From a bacterium (lineage in GTDB: Bacteria > UBA8248): a stretch of 64,000 nt of DNA. The position numbers and the translations under genes were made by a program. Positions 52,608 to 62,324 of the stretch are shown in pieces. Position 1 is the first letter of the stretch. Every line of letters starts with the position of its first letter. The notes below the pieces were generated by a model. That model saw only the letters and a list, made by a program, of their open reading frames with translations, made no database searches and was not told the origin of the DNA. The DNA is taken from the NCBI GenBank assembly GCA_965200245.1, contig CBDATS010000004.1:1376001-1440000 (forward strand), in the 5' to 3' direction.

Positions 52608-53492
52608 ATGGCGAACATTCTCATCGTGGGTAGCGGTTATGTCGGCTCGGCCCTTGGGGCGATGCTCGCCGAGGAGGGTCATCTCGTTTGGGGTATGCGC
52701 AGAAACCCCGAATACCTGCCGGAATCCATCAAGCCGCTGAAGGCGGACATCCACGACAAAGACCTGAGTGTTCTCCTGCCCGAGGGTCTCGATTTCATTT
52801 TCTATGCAGTTGCATCGGGTGGAGGCGGCGAAGCGGGCTACCGTGCGGCATATTCCGAAGGCCCCGAAAACCTCATCAAGGCGATTGACTTGAAAGGAGA
52901 AAATCCCAGGAGAATTTTCTTCACATCGAGCACGGCCGTCTACTCGCAAACAGACGGTAGCCGGGTGAATGAGTTATCACCCACGCGGCCGACCCACTAC
53001 TCTGGCCGCATCATGCTCGAAGGGGAACGCGTCTTTCTCGAAAGCGATCATCCTGCCACCGTCGTGCGCTTGGCAGGCATTTGCGGCCCCGGCCGGACAC
53101 GCCTGATCGATTCCGTCCGCGAAGGCAGGGCCGAAGTCCATGGGGGCCCGCCCCGGTTCACGAACCGAATCCATCGAGAGGACTGTGCAGGTGCGCTGGT
53201 GCACCTCATGAAGATGGGCACACCTGATGAGATATACATCGGCGTCGACGATGAACCAGCCGACCGCCGCGAGGTGCTGAACTGGCTCGCGGATCGGCTA
53301 GGTGCCCCGCGTCCGAACGAAACCACTGCGATCGATACCGCCTCCACGCGCGCGGCGACGAACAAGAGATGTTCGAACGCGAAGCTCAAGGCCGCCGGCT
53401 ATCGCCTTCGCTACCCTTCCTACCGGGAGGGCTACGCCGAAATGATCGCGGAGATGACAACTACATTGCCAGATCAGAAATCAGCTATCTAG
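52608..53492 (+). CDS. NAD(P)-dependent epimerase/SDR (YeeZ-like)
   Basis: GSGYVG, TSSTAVY, TNRIHREDCAG, KRCSNAKL. Confidence 0.85.
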   Translation: MANILIVGSGYVGSALGAMLAEEGHLVWGMRRNPEYLPESIKPLKADIHDKDLSVLLPEGLDFIFYAVASGGGGEAGYRAAYSEGPENLIKAIDLKGENPRRIFFTSSTAVYSQTDGSRVNELSPTRPTHYSGRIMLEGERVFLESDHPATVVRLAGICGPGRTRLIDSVREGRAEVHGGPPRFTNRIHREDCAGALVHLMKMGTPDEIYIGVDDEPADRREVLNWLADRLGAPRPNETTAIDTASTRAATNKRCSNAKLKAAGYRLRYPSYREGYAEMIAEMTTTLPDQKSAI

Positions 53493-54175
53493 CAATACCC
53501 GCAACTCCTTCCTCAGTTTTTTCAGGGAATCCGGGTCGTTGCTATGGTAATAGCCTCTGATGGTGAAGTTCCTGTCGATGAGCACGAAACGTGAACTGTG
53601 GGAGATCAGGATTCCCGGCGTCTTTTCTCCACCCTGATGACCGGGATGATGAGCGTGTGCGCTGGGCAGAAGAAGCCGGAAAACCGCCCGCCGATGGAAC
53701 CCGGGGAAATCGCTGCCTGTTTCGTCGCATAGCTCAGGCGAAAGCCGTTGAGTGCCAGATCTTTGATTTCCTTTTCTTTGCCCGTCAGGAAAAACCACCG
53801 CCCCCTGTCCGCGCCGAACTTGCGCGCATAGGTCGCGAGTGCCGCCGCCCGGTCATAAGCGGGGTCGGTGGTGATGGATACCTGCCGGAAATCCTTCTTA
53901 TCCGAGAACGCCTGCTGGAGCTTGCGCATCTCCACGCTCTGGAGGGGACAGGTATCCTCACACCGCGTGTAGATGAAGTCCGCCACCCAGACTTTCCCGC
54001 GCAGGCGCTCTCTCGCGAAGGCTTGGCCCGACGCGTCAACCAGTTCAAAGTCAGGTAGTTGCGAGTATACAGGCAGGTTTTCGTAAATATTTCGCTCAAG
54101 CCATCGCCAGGCAGGCGCACCCGCCAGCACAACGAGAACGCCCAGTGTTGTCAACAGAATCATGCGCCGCACCAT
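53481..54175 (-). pseudogene. SCO1/SenC copper chaperone with an internal frameshift
   Basis: The N-terminal part has DFIYTRCEDTCP and SITTDP..D. The C-terminal part (ISHSSRFVLID...IRGYY) is in another frame, with the switch near 53660-53730. Confidence 0.8.
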
Positions 54176-54487
54176 CTGTGGATCTCCAGGAATACCCCAT
54201 CAAAAACAGGTGCTTCCGCCAGAGCGCATTCTGGCAAAATGCATGCTCGCATGCAAAGCACATCCGGAAGGATTTTATCACCGCAACTCCTCAAAACCCG
54301 TAAATTTGCCGTCATCCCGATAGTCGCGCGTGCTGTGGCTGAATTTCCCTGTACCGTAATTCGTCGGTGTCAATTCTCAAGAGAAAAGTGCGGAACCACT
54401 CGGATCCATAATCATGGGCGCATTCTCCCCTCCTCCCGCTACCGCAAATGTGGGGGAGATGCGCTGCCTGTCAAGCCGGGGGCTGAC

Positions 54488-55252
54488 TTATTCGTGTGTC
54501 ATGGAAATCATGTAACGCCGCATGAGCCTGTGGATTGTCACTTGGAAGAGTTGATCTGTGATGAGGCCGAACCCCCCCAGCATCAAAAACCCGACGAACA
54601 TCTCCGCGGGCGCGATGATGTTCGTGCTTTGCATTATGAGAAAGCCGATGCCTTGGTCCGCAGCCAGCATCTCCGCGGCCACGACGCCCATGAAGGAAAA
54701 GCCCAATGCGATCCTGAGCCCTGTTAGGATATGGGGCCAGGCCGATGGCAGGACGACGCGCACGAAGATGTCCCGCTTTCGTGCGCCCAGGCAAAGGGCG
54801 GCACGGACACGGATCTGGGGAATGGAGAGAACGCCTGCCGCGGTGTTGAACAGAACTGCGATTCCCGCGGCGTAGGAAATGATGAAATACTTTCCGATCT
54901 CGCCGATGCCAAAGATCGAGACGACCAGCGGTATGAGCGCCACCGGCGGGATGTTCCGGCAAAACTCCAGGGGCGGTTCGATGAGGTCCCGGGCCAGACG
55001 AATCGCCCCGGTCGCCACACCGACCACGATTCCGATAAAACACCCCAAGGCGTACCCGAGAATGATGCGCCTCAGGCTCGCTCCGAGGTGGGCGAACAAT
55101 TCGGTGTTCCAGGTCATCTCGGCGAGTTTTTGGGTCACCGAGACGGGAGAGGGAACGATCGCGGCCTCGAAGAAAGTCCCGCTCGACGCCCACCAGAGGC
55201 CGATGAACACCAGGATCGAAACCGACAGCCTCGCCCATTTGTCCGTATACAC
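54488..55252 (-). CDS. NitT/TauT-family ABC permease
   Basis: NIPPVALIP, AALCLGA (EAA loop), LTGLRIALG, VVAAEM; GTG start after GGAGG. Confidence 0.88.
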   Translation of the reverse strand: MYTDKWARLSVSILVFIGLWWASSGTFFEAAIVPSPVSVTQKLAEMTWNTELFAHLGASLRRIILGYALGCFIGIVVGVATGAIRLARDLIEPPLEFCRNIPPVALIPLVVSIFGIGEIGKYFIISYAAGIAVLFNTAAGVLSIPQIRVRAALCLGARKRDIFVRVVLPSAWPHILTGLRIALGFSFMGVVAAEMLAADQGIGFLIMQSTNIIAPAEMFVGFLMLGGFGLITDQLFQVTIHRLMRRYMISMTHE

Positions 55253-55275
55253 TCGTTCCGACCTCCCTTTCGGTC

Positions 55276-56043
55276 TCAGTCGAACGCGGCCGTTTGCAGC
55301 ATGTAGCGCCGCATGAGCCTGCCGATAGTGAACTGGAAGGCGCGATCCGTGATAAGCCCTATCAGGCCCAGGAGAAACAGGCCTGAGAACATCTGTTCGG
55401 GAAGCAGCATGTTCCGGCTTTGCATGATGAGGTAGCCCACGCCGGACTCGGCCGCGATCATCTCCGCGGCCACCACCCCCATGAACGCGAAGCCGAGCGC
55501 GACCCGCAACCCGGTGAGAATGAACGGCCAGGCCGAGGGTAACACCACGCGCAGGAATATTTCCCAATGCCCCGCGCCCAGACACATGGCCGCGCGGACG
55601 CGAATCTGGGGAGTGGACGCCACTCCTGCTGCGGTGTTGAAGACGACCGGAATAATGGTCGAATAGATAATGACGAAATACTTGCTGGGTTCATCCAGGC
55701 CGAAGGCGTTCACCGCCAGAGGGATGATGGCGACCGGTGTGATGTTGCGCACGAACTGCAGGGGCGGTTCGAGCATGTCTTGGGCAATCCGTATGCGCGC
55801 GACAGCGATGCCCGTCAGAATCCCTAGAATGGACCCGAACGCGTAACCGACGATCACACGCCGGAGGCTGGCCCAGGCATGAAAGAGTATCTCGCCCTCC
55901 GCCGTCATCTCCCAGAGGTTCACGGCCACCTTGTGCGGCGGGGGCACCAAGATCGGGTTGAAAAGCGTGCCGCTGCTCAGCCACCAAAGGGCGAGTGCCA
56001 CAACGACCGAGAATGTTCTCCATAAGGCCTTGCGAGCGTTCAC
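55276..56043 (-). CDS. NitT/TauT-family ABC permease
   Basis: Paralog of the neighbouring permease with the same motifs. Confidence 0.9.
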   Translation of the reverse strand: MNARKALWRTFSVVVALALWWLSSGTLFNPILVPPPHKVAVNLWEMTAEGEILFHAWASLRRVIVGYAFGSILGILTGIAVARIRIAQDMLEPPLQFVRNITPVAIIPLAVNAFGLDEPSKYFVIIYSTIIPVVFNTAAGVASTPQIRVRAAMCLGAGHWEIFLRVVLPSAWPFILTGLRVALGFAFMGVVAAEMIAAESGVGYLIMQSRNMLLPEQMFSGLFLLGLIGLITDRAFQFTIGRLMRRYMLQTAAFD

Positions 56044-56825
56044 CGCGCACGCATCCTCTGTACTTCTTCGTCGATGAGCGACTCGACCCGGCTGTACATG
56101 GCGGCGAAATCGGGGTTCGATGGAGAACGGGGTTCTTCCAAGTCGATCTGAAAGACCTCCTTGATTCCCGCCTCCGGCCCTGCGGTCATCACTGCCAGGT
56201 GGGTACTCAACAGGAGCGCCTCGAAGATGTCGTGGGTGATGTAGAAAATGGTCTTGCCCGTATCGGCCCAGATTTTGCGGAATTCGACCTGAAGGTGTTT
56301 TTTCGTGATCGCGTCGAGCGCAGCGAAAGGCTCGTCCATGAGCAGGATGTCCGGATCGTTCGCCAGCGCACGGGCGATCTGGATGCGCTGCTTCATCCCG
56401 CCCGAGAGTTCGAAGGGAAACTTCCCGCCATCGTCGTCGAGACCCACGAGCCGAAGATACTTGTCAGCCCGCTCCTTGCGCACATGGGCGCTCAGGCGGG
56501 CCATTTTCGGTCCGAACTCCACGTTTTCGCGCGCGTTCATCCAGGGGAAGAGGGCGTTGCTGACGTCCTGGAATATGACTGTCCTGTCCGTTCCGGGTCC
56601 GGTGACGGGCTTGTCGTCGAGAGAAACGTCTCCCGTCGTGACTCCTTCAAAACCGGCGACGATGTTGAGAAGGGTGGATTTACCACACCCGCTTGGTCCG
56701 AGGAGGGTGAAAAATGCCCCTCGCTCCACTGACAGGGTGACACCTCGCAACACCTGCGCGACGCCCCCGTCGGCTCGGGTAAAATTCTTGCCCACACCCT
56801 CCAGGCGTAAGACCCGCCAATTCAC
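56040..56825 (-). CDS. NitT/TauT-family ABC ATP-binding protein
   Basis: GPSGCGKST, LSGGMKQR, LLMDEPFAALD. Confidence 0.93.
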   Translation of the reverse strand: MNWRVLRLEGVGKNFTRADGGVAQVLRGVTLSVERGAFFTLLGPSGCGKSTLLNIVAGFEGVTTGDVSLDDKPVTGPGTDRTVIFQDVSNALFPWMNARENVEFGPKMARLSAHVRKERADKYLRLVGLDDDGGKFPFELSGGMKQRIQIARALANDPDILLMDEPFAALDAITKKHLQVEFRKIWADTGKTIFYITHDIFEALLLSTHLAVMTAGPEAGIKEVFQIDLEEPRSPSNPDFAAMYSRVESLIDEEVQRMRAR

Positions 56826-56896
56826 ACCGCCTCCCCGTCCCCGCCCCGGCCGCTTTGCTGGCCGGAGGCAGGGGAAACCGCGTTTGATCCCAGCGT

Positions 56897-57886
56897 CTAT
56901 TTGACGAGTTTGGAACTCACCGACTTCAGACCCCTCGTGTCAAAGAGCGCGTTCCAGTTCACCTTGGCCTTGGACTTGCCCTTGGAGATCATGAAATTGT
57001 TGAGATCGTTCATGTCTTTTCGGAATTGCGGCGTATAGGATACGTCCATGTTCATGACCCGGATCATCCGTTTGGCCTTGTCCGCGGGAACCTTGAACTC
57101 CTTGCCCACAATCTTCGCTGCTTCGTCCAGGTTCTTCGCGGAAAATTCAGCTCCCTGCATGGTCCCCTGGATGAGAGCCGTCACGGCGTCGAAATCATTG
57201 TCGATGAGATCCTTGCGGGTGGACGTGACCATATATTCGGTGAAGAAACCCCTGCCCGTGCTCAGGATGTGCACCTTTTTCGCTCCCGAAACCTCGACCG
57301 ACCGCCATCCGAAGGGTTGCCAGATGGTAAAGCCGTCCAGGTCGCCCCGGTCGAGGGCGACGACCATCTCGGCCGGCTTGACGTTCTTGTACTTCACGGC
57401 GGAGAGCTTGACGCCGTTCGCGTCGAGATACTTGGCCGCGAAAAACTCCGAAGTCGTACCCAGCCAGACACCCATCGTCTTGCCGATGAAATCCTTGGCG
57501 CTCTTGATCGACTTCTTGGCGACCACCACCGAAAGATCAGTGTAGTGCGCGGAGGGATGGACCCCTACGATCTTTCCTTTGGTCTGGAGCCAGGTGCGCA
57601 CGGCGGGCCAGTCCCCCGTGTTCACGAAGTCCCCGCGTCCTGCGATGAACGACTGGGCGGCGACGCCGCCTGAGGTGAAGTGCTTGAGTTTCACGTTGAG
57701 TCCCAGCTTCTTGTAGAAGCCTTTGTGGACCGCCGTCACGATCGGCGCGAACTGGGGCGTGGATCCGATGAGATAGGTGTACTGCGACTTCTTGGGGGCC
57801 GCTCCCGAGGGAACGGCCACAACCAGGGCGAAGGCCACCAGTAGAATCACCACAAATAAGCGCTTCATGCTTGCCGTGTGACACAT
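56897..57886 (-). CDS. NitT/TauT (SsuA/THI5-like) ABC substrate-binding protein
   Basis: Signal peptide, KGFYKKLGL, GTTSE, WQPF; start at 57886 or 57868. Confidence 0.88.
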   Translation of the reverse strand: MCHTASMKRLFVVILLVAFALVVAVPSGAAPKKSQYTYLIGSTPQFAPIVTAVHKGFYKKLGLNVKLKHFTSGGVAAQSFIAGRGDFVNTGDWPAVRTWLQTKGKIVGVHPSAHYTDLSVVVAKKSIKSAKDFIGKTMGVWLGTTSEFFAAKYLDANGVKLSAVKYKNVKPAEMVVALDRGDLDGFTIWQPFGWRSVEVSGAKKVHILSTGRGFFTEYMVTSTRKDLIDNDFDAVTALIQGTMQGAEFSAKNLDEAAKIVGKEFKVPADKAKRMIRVMNMDVSYTPQFRKDMNDLNNFMISKGKSKAKVNWNALFDTRGLKSVSSKLVK

Positions 57887-58059
57887 AGCTCAACCTCCTT
57901 GTTGTGATTGTCTCGAAAAAAGAGCATCGACTGGAATTTCCTCGATCGTACGCATAAACCCGAAATTGCGATTATCCGACGAGGCCGCCGTGAAGCGACC
58001 ACCTGTACCCGTGAAACATACGTGTTTCGTGCAGTGCTTCGCCTTCCTCCCATACAAAG

Positions 58060-59415
58060 TCAGAGCGTGACCGTGCTCCGCCGTTGCTGTTCGATCTTCC
58101 GCTGGATATGGGGGAGGATTTCCTCCCTCGGCCTGCCGCAAACGTCGAGCAGCAAGCTCGCGTAGACCTTCGTGGTATGGTAGAGATCCTCTAGGCTCAC
58201 GTGCTCACCGATGTTCGGGTCCCACCCGGGCACTCCTGATCGCGTCCTGCCGGAGGGTCCGTAATTGAGGGCGGGAACGCCGTAGCGCGTGATATGGGAG
58301 GCGTCCGATATCCAGCCCTCCGTCACCGTTTCCGGATCCTGGCCGTGCACCGACTTGTGGGCGCGCTTGATGGCGCCGTAGATGTATTCGTCTTCTTCGA
58401 TTTCCGCGCCCGGGTTGGACATGTACATCTCTAGATCTACCTTGAGTTCGGGATCTCCCGCCTTGATCTCTTCGATGATGTCCTCTATTTCCCGCTTGAT
58501 CTCCAGGGGGTGCTGCCTGGGAATGAGGCGCGTATCCAGATACAGGTTGCAGAAAACGGGGGTACGGCTGCACCGCCAGGGCCAGCCACCCTCGATGGCC
58601 GCCAGGTTCACGTTTGCGTTTGAATTTCCGTAGGGGTGCGCTTCGCGGTACCTGGGCGCCCAGCGCTCCAGGGCGTCGAGGATTTTCTTCATCTTCAAAA
58701 TGGCGTTGACCGCGTTGTGCGCGTAGGTCGTGTGGGCCGGCGTCCCGTATACGGTGATCTTGTGATAGACGTAGCCCATGTGGCCGAGAACCACCCGCAT
58801 CTCCGAGGGCTCACCAATGACTGCCATGTCGGCAGTGCCGCCGTGCGTGGCCAGGTAACAGGCACCGCATCCACCACCCCGGTAGTGCTTGCCTTGGTAT
58901 TGGTCGACCGCGCCCATCTCGATCTCACCGCCCACCGCGGCGGCGGTGACGTTTCCCTTGAGTTTCACGCCAGCGTCCTGGATGGCGTTGAGGGCCTCGA
59001 CATAGCAGGCGATCGCGCCCTTCATGTTGTAGATGCCCAGGCCGTATATCCATTCCTCGCCCGTGGAGGGGTCTGTCTCGCTCCAGGCGTGGGGTTGATA
59101 GGCGGGGAGCTTGGGTAGGCCGGGCTCCTTGCCTGAGTAGGAAGTATCGATATGGCCGCAGAAGAGAAACTCGATTCCTGTGCCGTCGCCCTGCAGGGTA
59201 CCCAGCGCGTTGAATCGATCCGTCTCGAACTCCTGGAGGCGTGAAGTAAGCCCGATGGATTCGTAATGGTCACCGAGGAAGTGAGCGATCTCGCTCTCCT
59301 CCCCCGTGGGGCTCCAGATGTCGACCAGGTCCATTCCCAGTTTCTTGAGACGCCCTTTGTCGATTGCCGCCCAGACTTTCTCCCGATGCTGGTCCATTCC
59401 CGTCGTCTGTTCCAT
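58060..59415 (-). CDS. M20 family metallopeptidase/deacylase (ArgE/DapE-like)
   Basis: SPTGEE, CGHIDT, GLGIYNMKG, GEIE, GEPS, SDA, YGP. Confidence 0.85.
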   Translation of the reverse strand: MEQTTGMDQHREKVWAAIDKGRLKKLGMDLVDIWSPTGEESEIAHFLGDHYESIGLTSRLQEFETDRFNALGTLQGDGTGIEFLFCGHIDTSYSGKEPGLPKLPAYQPHAWSETDPSTGEEWIYGLGIYNMKGAIACYVEALNAIQDAGVKLKGNVTAAAVGGEIEMGAVDQYQGKHYRGGGCGACYLATHGGTADMAVIGEPSEMRVVLGHMGYVYHKITVYGTPAHTTYAHNAVNAILKMKKILDALERWAPRYREAHPYGNSNANVNLAAIEGGWPWRCSRTPVFCNLYLDTRLIPRQHPLEIKREIEDIIEEIKAGDPELKVDLEMYMSNPGAEIEEDEYIYGAIKRAHKSVHGQDPETVTEGWISDASHITRYGVPALNYGPSGRTRSGVPGWDPNIGEHVSLEDLYHTTKVYASLLLDVCGRPREEILPHIQRKIEQQRRSTVTL

Positions 59416-59659
59416 ATGCCCTCTCCTTCTCCCGACCGGGCGAAAGCCCGGTGAATACGGCCTGCGAAGAGACGACGGCGATAACGGGGCCCTGCACTTG
59501 AAGCCGAAACAAGGTAAATACACGACCCCGCCCCGATCCCTCATCGGGCGCTCGCAATCTCAAGCGCACTTTATCTTGTAGATGCTCTCGATCCTAGCAA
59601 AATATATGCGTGAGTCAAACCACGGTGAAATTTGGTAGTGCCTCAGATTGAAAATGAGA

Positions 59660-59911
59660 TTATGCGTTACGTATTTCGTCCATGAGATCGCGGCCCTTCT
59701 GCGTCAATCTACTTACCCTGCAAGCGACTAATCTAGAAGATTCATCTATACCTGTAGTTAGCGGAGATTCGATAAGGCCCTCTTTTTTCATTAGGTCAAT
59801 ATGTCGCGTAACTTCTTTTCTGTTGTATTTACCTAGAGATTCAGGGCTGATACATCCATCCTCGTTTCCTTCGGCGCTCAAAAGGATTTGCCTGACGAGT
59901 TCCATATCCAT
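59660..59911 (-). CDS. DUF2513-like small winged-helix protein
   Basis: DMELVRQILL...HIDLM..EGLIE...RLTQKGRDLMDEIR; AT-rich. Confidence 0.7.
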   Translation of the reverse strand: MDMELVRQILLSAEGNEDGCISPESLGKYNRKEVTRHIDLMKKEGLIESPLTTGIDESSRLVACRVSRLTQKGRDLMDEIRNA

Positions 59912-60007
59912 AATTGGCTCTTCCTATGTGTTGGTAATTTAGCAAGGTATAAAATCCTCCGAAATTTCTGACTTTTCCGAAATCCCGGATCGCCGAGGCT
60001 CCGGTTC

Positions 60008-61279
60008 TCAATTCGGAATGTAAGCTGCAAGCGATGCCAGAATCCGGCATCCGGGAACGGGCATCGGGGTGGCGGTCTGTGCGCTGGTGTTCACCGGCGG
60101 AACTTCCCCGAATGCGCCGCCCCATACCTCGAAAGCGCCGTGCAGATCGCTCATGTCGTGGAATACGGTCTGGCTTCTCACGACGTTGGAGAGGTTCCCT
60201 CCCGCTGCGCGGCAAATGGCGTCGGCGTTCTTAAGTATGTATTCGGTCTGGCGCCTTATCGGTGAGGAATGCCATGGGAGCTTGGGGTTCACGCGAACTT
60301 CCGGCGCGAGGCCGTTATCGTCTGCGGCTATCTGTGTGGAAAGCCAAAGATAGGGGCCCGTCTTGACGGCATGCGGTTCATGGAAGAGGGGCGCCGGGAC
60401 GTCGGGTGCTGTAATCGTTCGGCGTTCCAGCCCGCCGTCCGGGCGCAGGGCCATGGAACTGACTTCAATGCGGGCACCGCCGATGGCCAGATCGTCGCAG
60501 GGAATGATGCTGCGTGCGGGTGCCTCGTCCGGGAAGAATTCGCGCCACACGTGATCCACCGCCGGAATATCCTCCATGTGGGTGAGGTAGACCGAGGTCT
60601 GGACGATGTTTTCAAGGTCGAGGCCCAGTTCGTTCAGCACCTCCCGTTTGGTACGGAGGATGTATTCGGTCTGGCGTTTGATGGCGGACTGGTGCCAGAA
60701 GGTCGGGTCGACCCGGGCGTCGGGATGAATCCCGGTCGCGTAGTCGGTGGCGATCATGCCCGGCATCAGCACGAAAGGCCCGGCGGACTGCGCCGCAGGG
60801 TAGCCGGTCAGGGACTTGGGCACGATTTCGAGATCGTGTGTCTGTTTTTCCCATCCTGATTCAGGTCTGAGTGCAAACCCGTCACATACGATGAGCGCAT
60901 CGGGCGCTTCCAGCGCTTTTGCCACCACCCGCGTGCTGGTCGGATGCGCCTTGGCCATGTAGGCCTGCCTTGTCGCGGAATACCACGCGGCCTGTTCGCG
61001 GCCCGTGATGAACTGCTCGATGCGGATGAGGTCCTCGAACCCGATACCTGCGCATTCGAGGATTTTCCCCATTCGCCCGAGTATGACGTGAGTTTGCCGC
61101 GCCATAGGCGGAGGACCCGCGAACGGATTGTCGGGATCCACGGCGGCCTCGGGCGCGACGCCAGTGGTGTAGTCCGTCGCCATTTGCCCGGCGAAGAATA
61201 GCAGGTGTTCGGTCTCTATCGCCTCGGACTGCGCTTTTGGGGAGGCGGGGCAACCTTGTGGAGCGATCACGCGCTTCAT
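60008..61279 (-). CDS. Rid (YjgF/YER057c/UK114) family protein with three tandem domains
   Basis: Three repeats of about 140 aa, each with G/T-Q/M-(M/I)A-x-D...RQT..IL; the middle one has PARS..IEV. Confidence 0.8.
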   Translation of the reverse strand: MKRVIAPQGCPASPKAQSEAIETEHLLFFAGQMATDYTTGVAPEAAVDPDNPFAGPPPMARQTHVILGRMGKILECAGIGFEDLIRIEQFITGREQAAWYSATRQAYMAKAHPTSTRVVAKALEAPDALIVCDGFALRPESGWEKQTHDLEIVPKSLTGYPAAQSAGPFVLMPGMIATDYATGIHPDARVDPTFWHQSAIKRQTEYILRTKREVLNELGLDLENIVQTSVYLTHMEDIPAVDHVWREFFPDEAPARSIIPCDDLAIGGARIEVSSMALRPDGGLERRTITAPDVPAPLFHEPHAVKTGPYLWLSTQIAADDNGLAPEVRVNPKLPWHSSPIRRQTEYILKNADAICRAAGGNLSNVVRSQTVFHDMSDLHGAFEVWGGAFGEVPPVNTSAQTATPMPVPGCRILASLAAYIPN

Positions 61280-61453
61280 CGTGTCTCCTCGAATGGGTTT
61301 TGTGAAATTCATGATACCACGATGCGAGCGCGTGCAACACCTCATTGAACGCGGGTTCGATGGTCAATAACACCCGTCCCGTGTATATATTCCGGCATCC
61401 GAACCGCCGTTTGCCGGGAGCGTGCCGAGTCCATGAGGCAACGATAACAGGGA

Positions 61454-62002
61454 GTGTCGATGAAGGCCGATTCGAAAGTGGGGCCGCTCGTCCGTAACGC
61501 TACAGAAGCAGATCTAACCGCCATTCGGGAGATTTACGCCCACCACGTCCTGCATGGCGTGGCCTCGTTCGAGGAACAGCCGCCCGCTGTTGACGAGATG
61601 CGTCGCCGCTTTCGCGCCATTCAGGAGAGGGGCCTCCCCTATTTTGTGGCGGAGTTCGAAGGCGTCGTGCGGGGCTACGCTTACGCGGCGCCCTACCACC
61701 AAAGACCCGCCTACCGCCACAGCGTCGAAAATTCGGTCTATGTCGAGCGCGGTTTCTTGCGCCGGGGCCTCGGTGCGGCGCTGCTGGAAAGACTGATCGA
61801 ATCATGCGCTCGATTGGGCTTGCGACAGATGGTCGCCGTCATCGGCGACTCGGCGAATGCCGCTTCCATCGGGTTGCACGAGCGCGCCGGCTTCCGGCTC
61901 GTCGGCAGCCTGCAGTCGGTCGGTTTCAAGCACGGCCGATGGCTCGACTGCGTGATCATGCAGCGCCCCCTAGGTGAGTGCGACGAGACTTTGCCGACTT
62001 GA
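61454..62002 (+). CDS. GNAT N-acetyltransferase (phosphinothricin/YncA-like)
   Basis: IYAHHV..ASFEE, RPAYRHSVENSVYV, NAASIGLH, GFKHGRWLD. Confidence 0.9.
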   Translation: MSMKADSKVGPLVRNATEADLTAIREIYAHHVLHGVASFEEQPPAVDEMRRRFRAIQERGLPYFVAEFEGVVRGYAYAAPYHQRPAYRHSVENSVYVERGFLRRGLGAALLERLIESCARLGLRQMVAVIGDSANAASIGLHERAGFRLVGSLQSVGFKHGRWLDCVIMQRPLGECDETLPT

Positions 62003-62324
62003 ATCGCACCGCGGGAACATCGAGTGGCTACAAGGGAACGCGGCGCGGCGAAGATGGATATCCCTCCGAGCGACACCAGTCCGACACGCTCCGCATATGG
62101 GTTTATCGCTTCCAAGTCCAGGTTGCCGTCGAAGATTGCCGCGACAAACCGGGCACTATCACCCCGTAGAGTCTCGCCGCCGCACCCATGCCCGAAACCA
62201 CGCCGAAAAAGGCGCAAGATATACCATCTATACGGTGGTGAGACTGCCGAAAGCGTCTTCCGCACAGCGGCGGGGGTTGTATTTCAACCAGGTTGGCCTT
62301 GCTACATCTTGAAATTCATTCCCT

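Noticed and set aside
54488-55585. 365-aa permease as listed in the ORF track
   Set aside because: The N-terminal extension overlaps the upstream permease out of frame; the likely start is GTG 55252.
62003-62324. Gene fragment between the GNAT and SulP genes (minus strand FVAAIFDGNLDLEAINPYAERVG)
   Set aside because: It looks protein-like, but there is no start, RBS or family I can recognise, so it cannot be supported.
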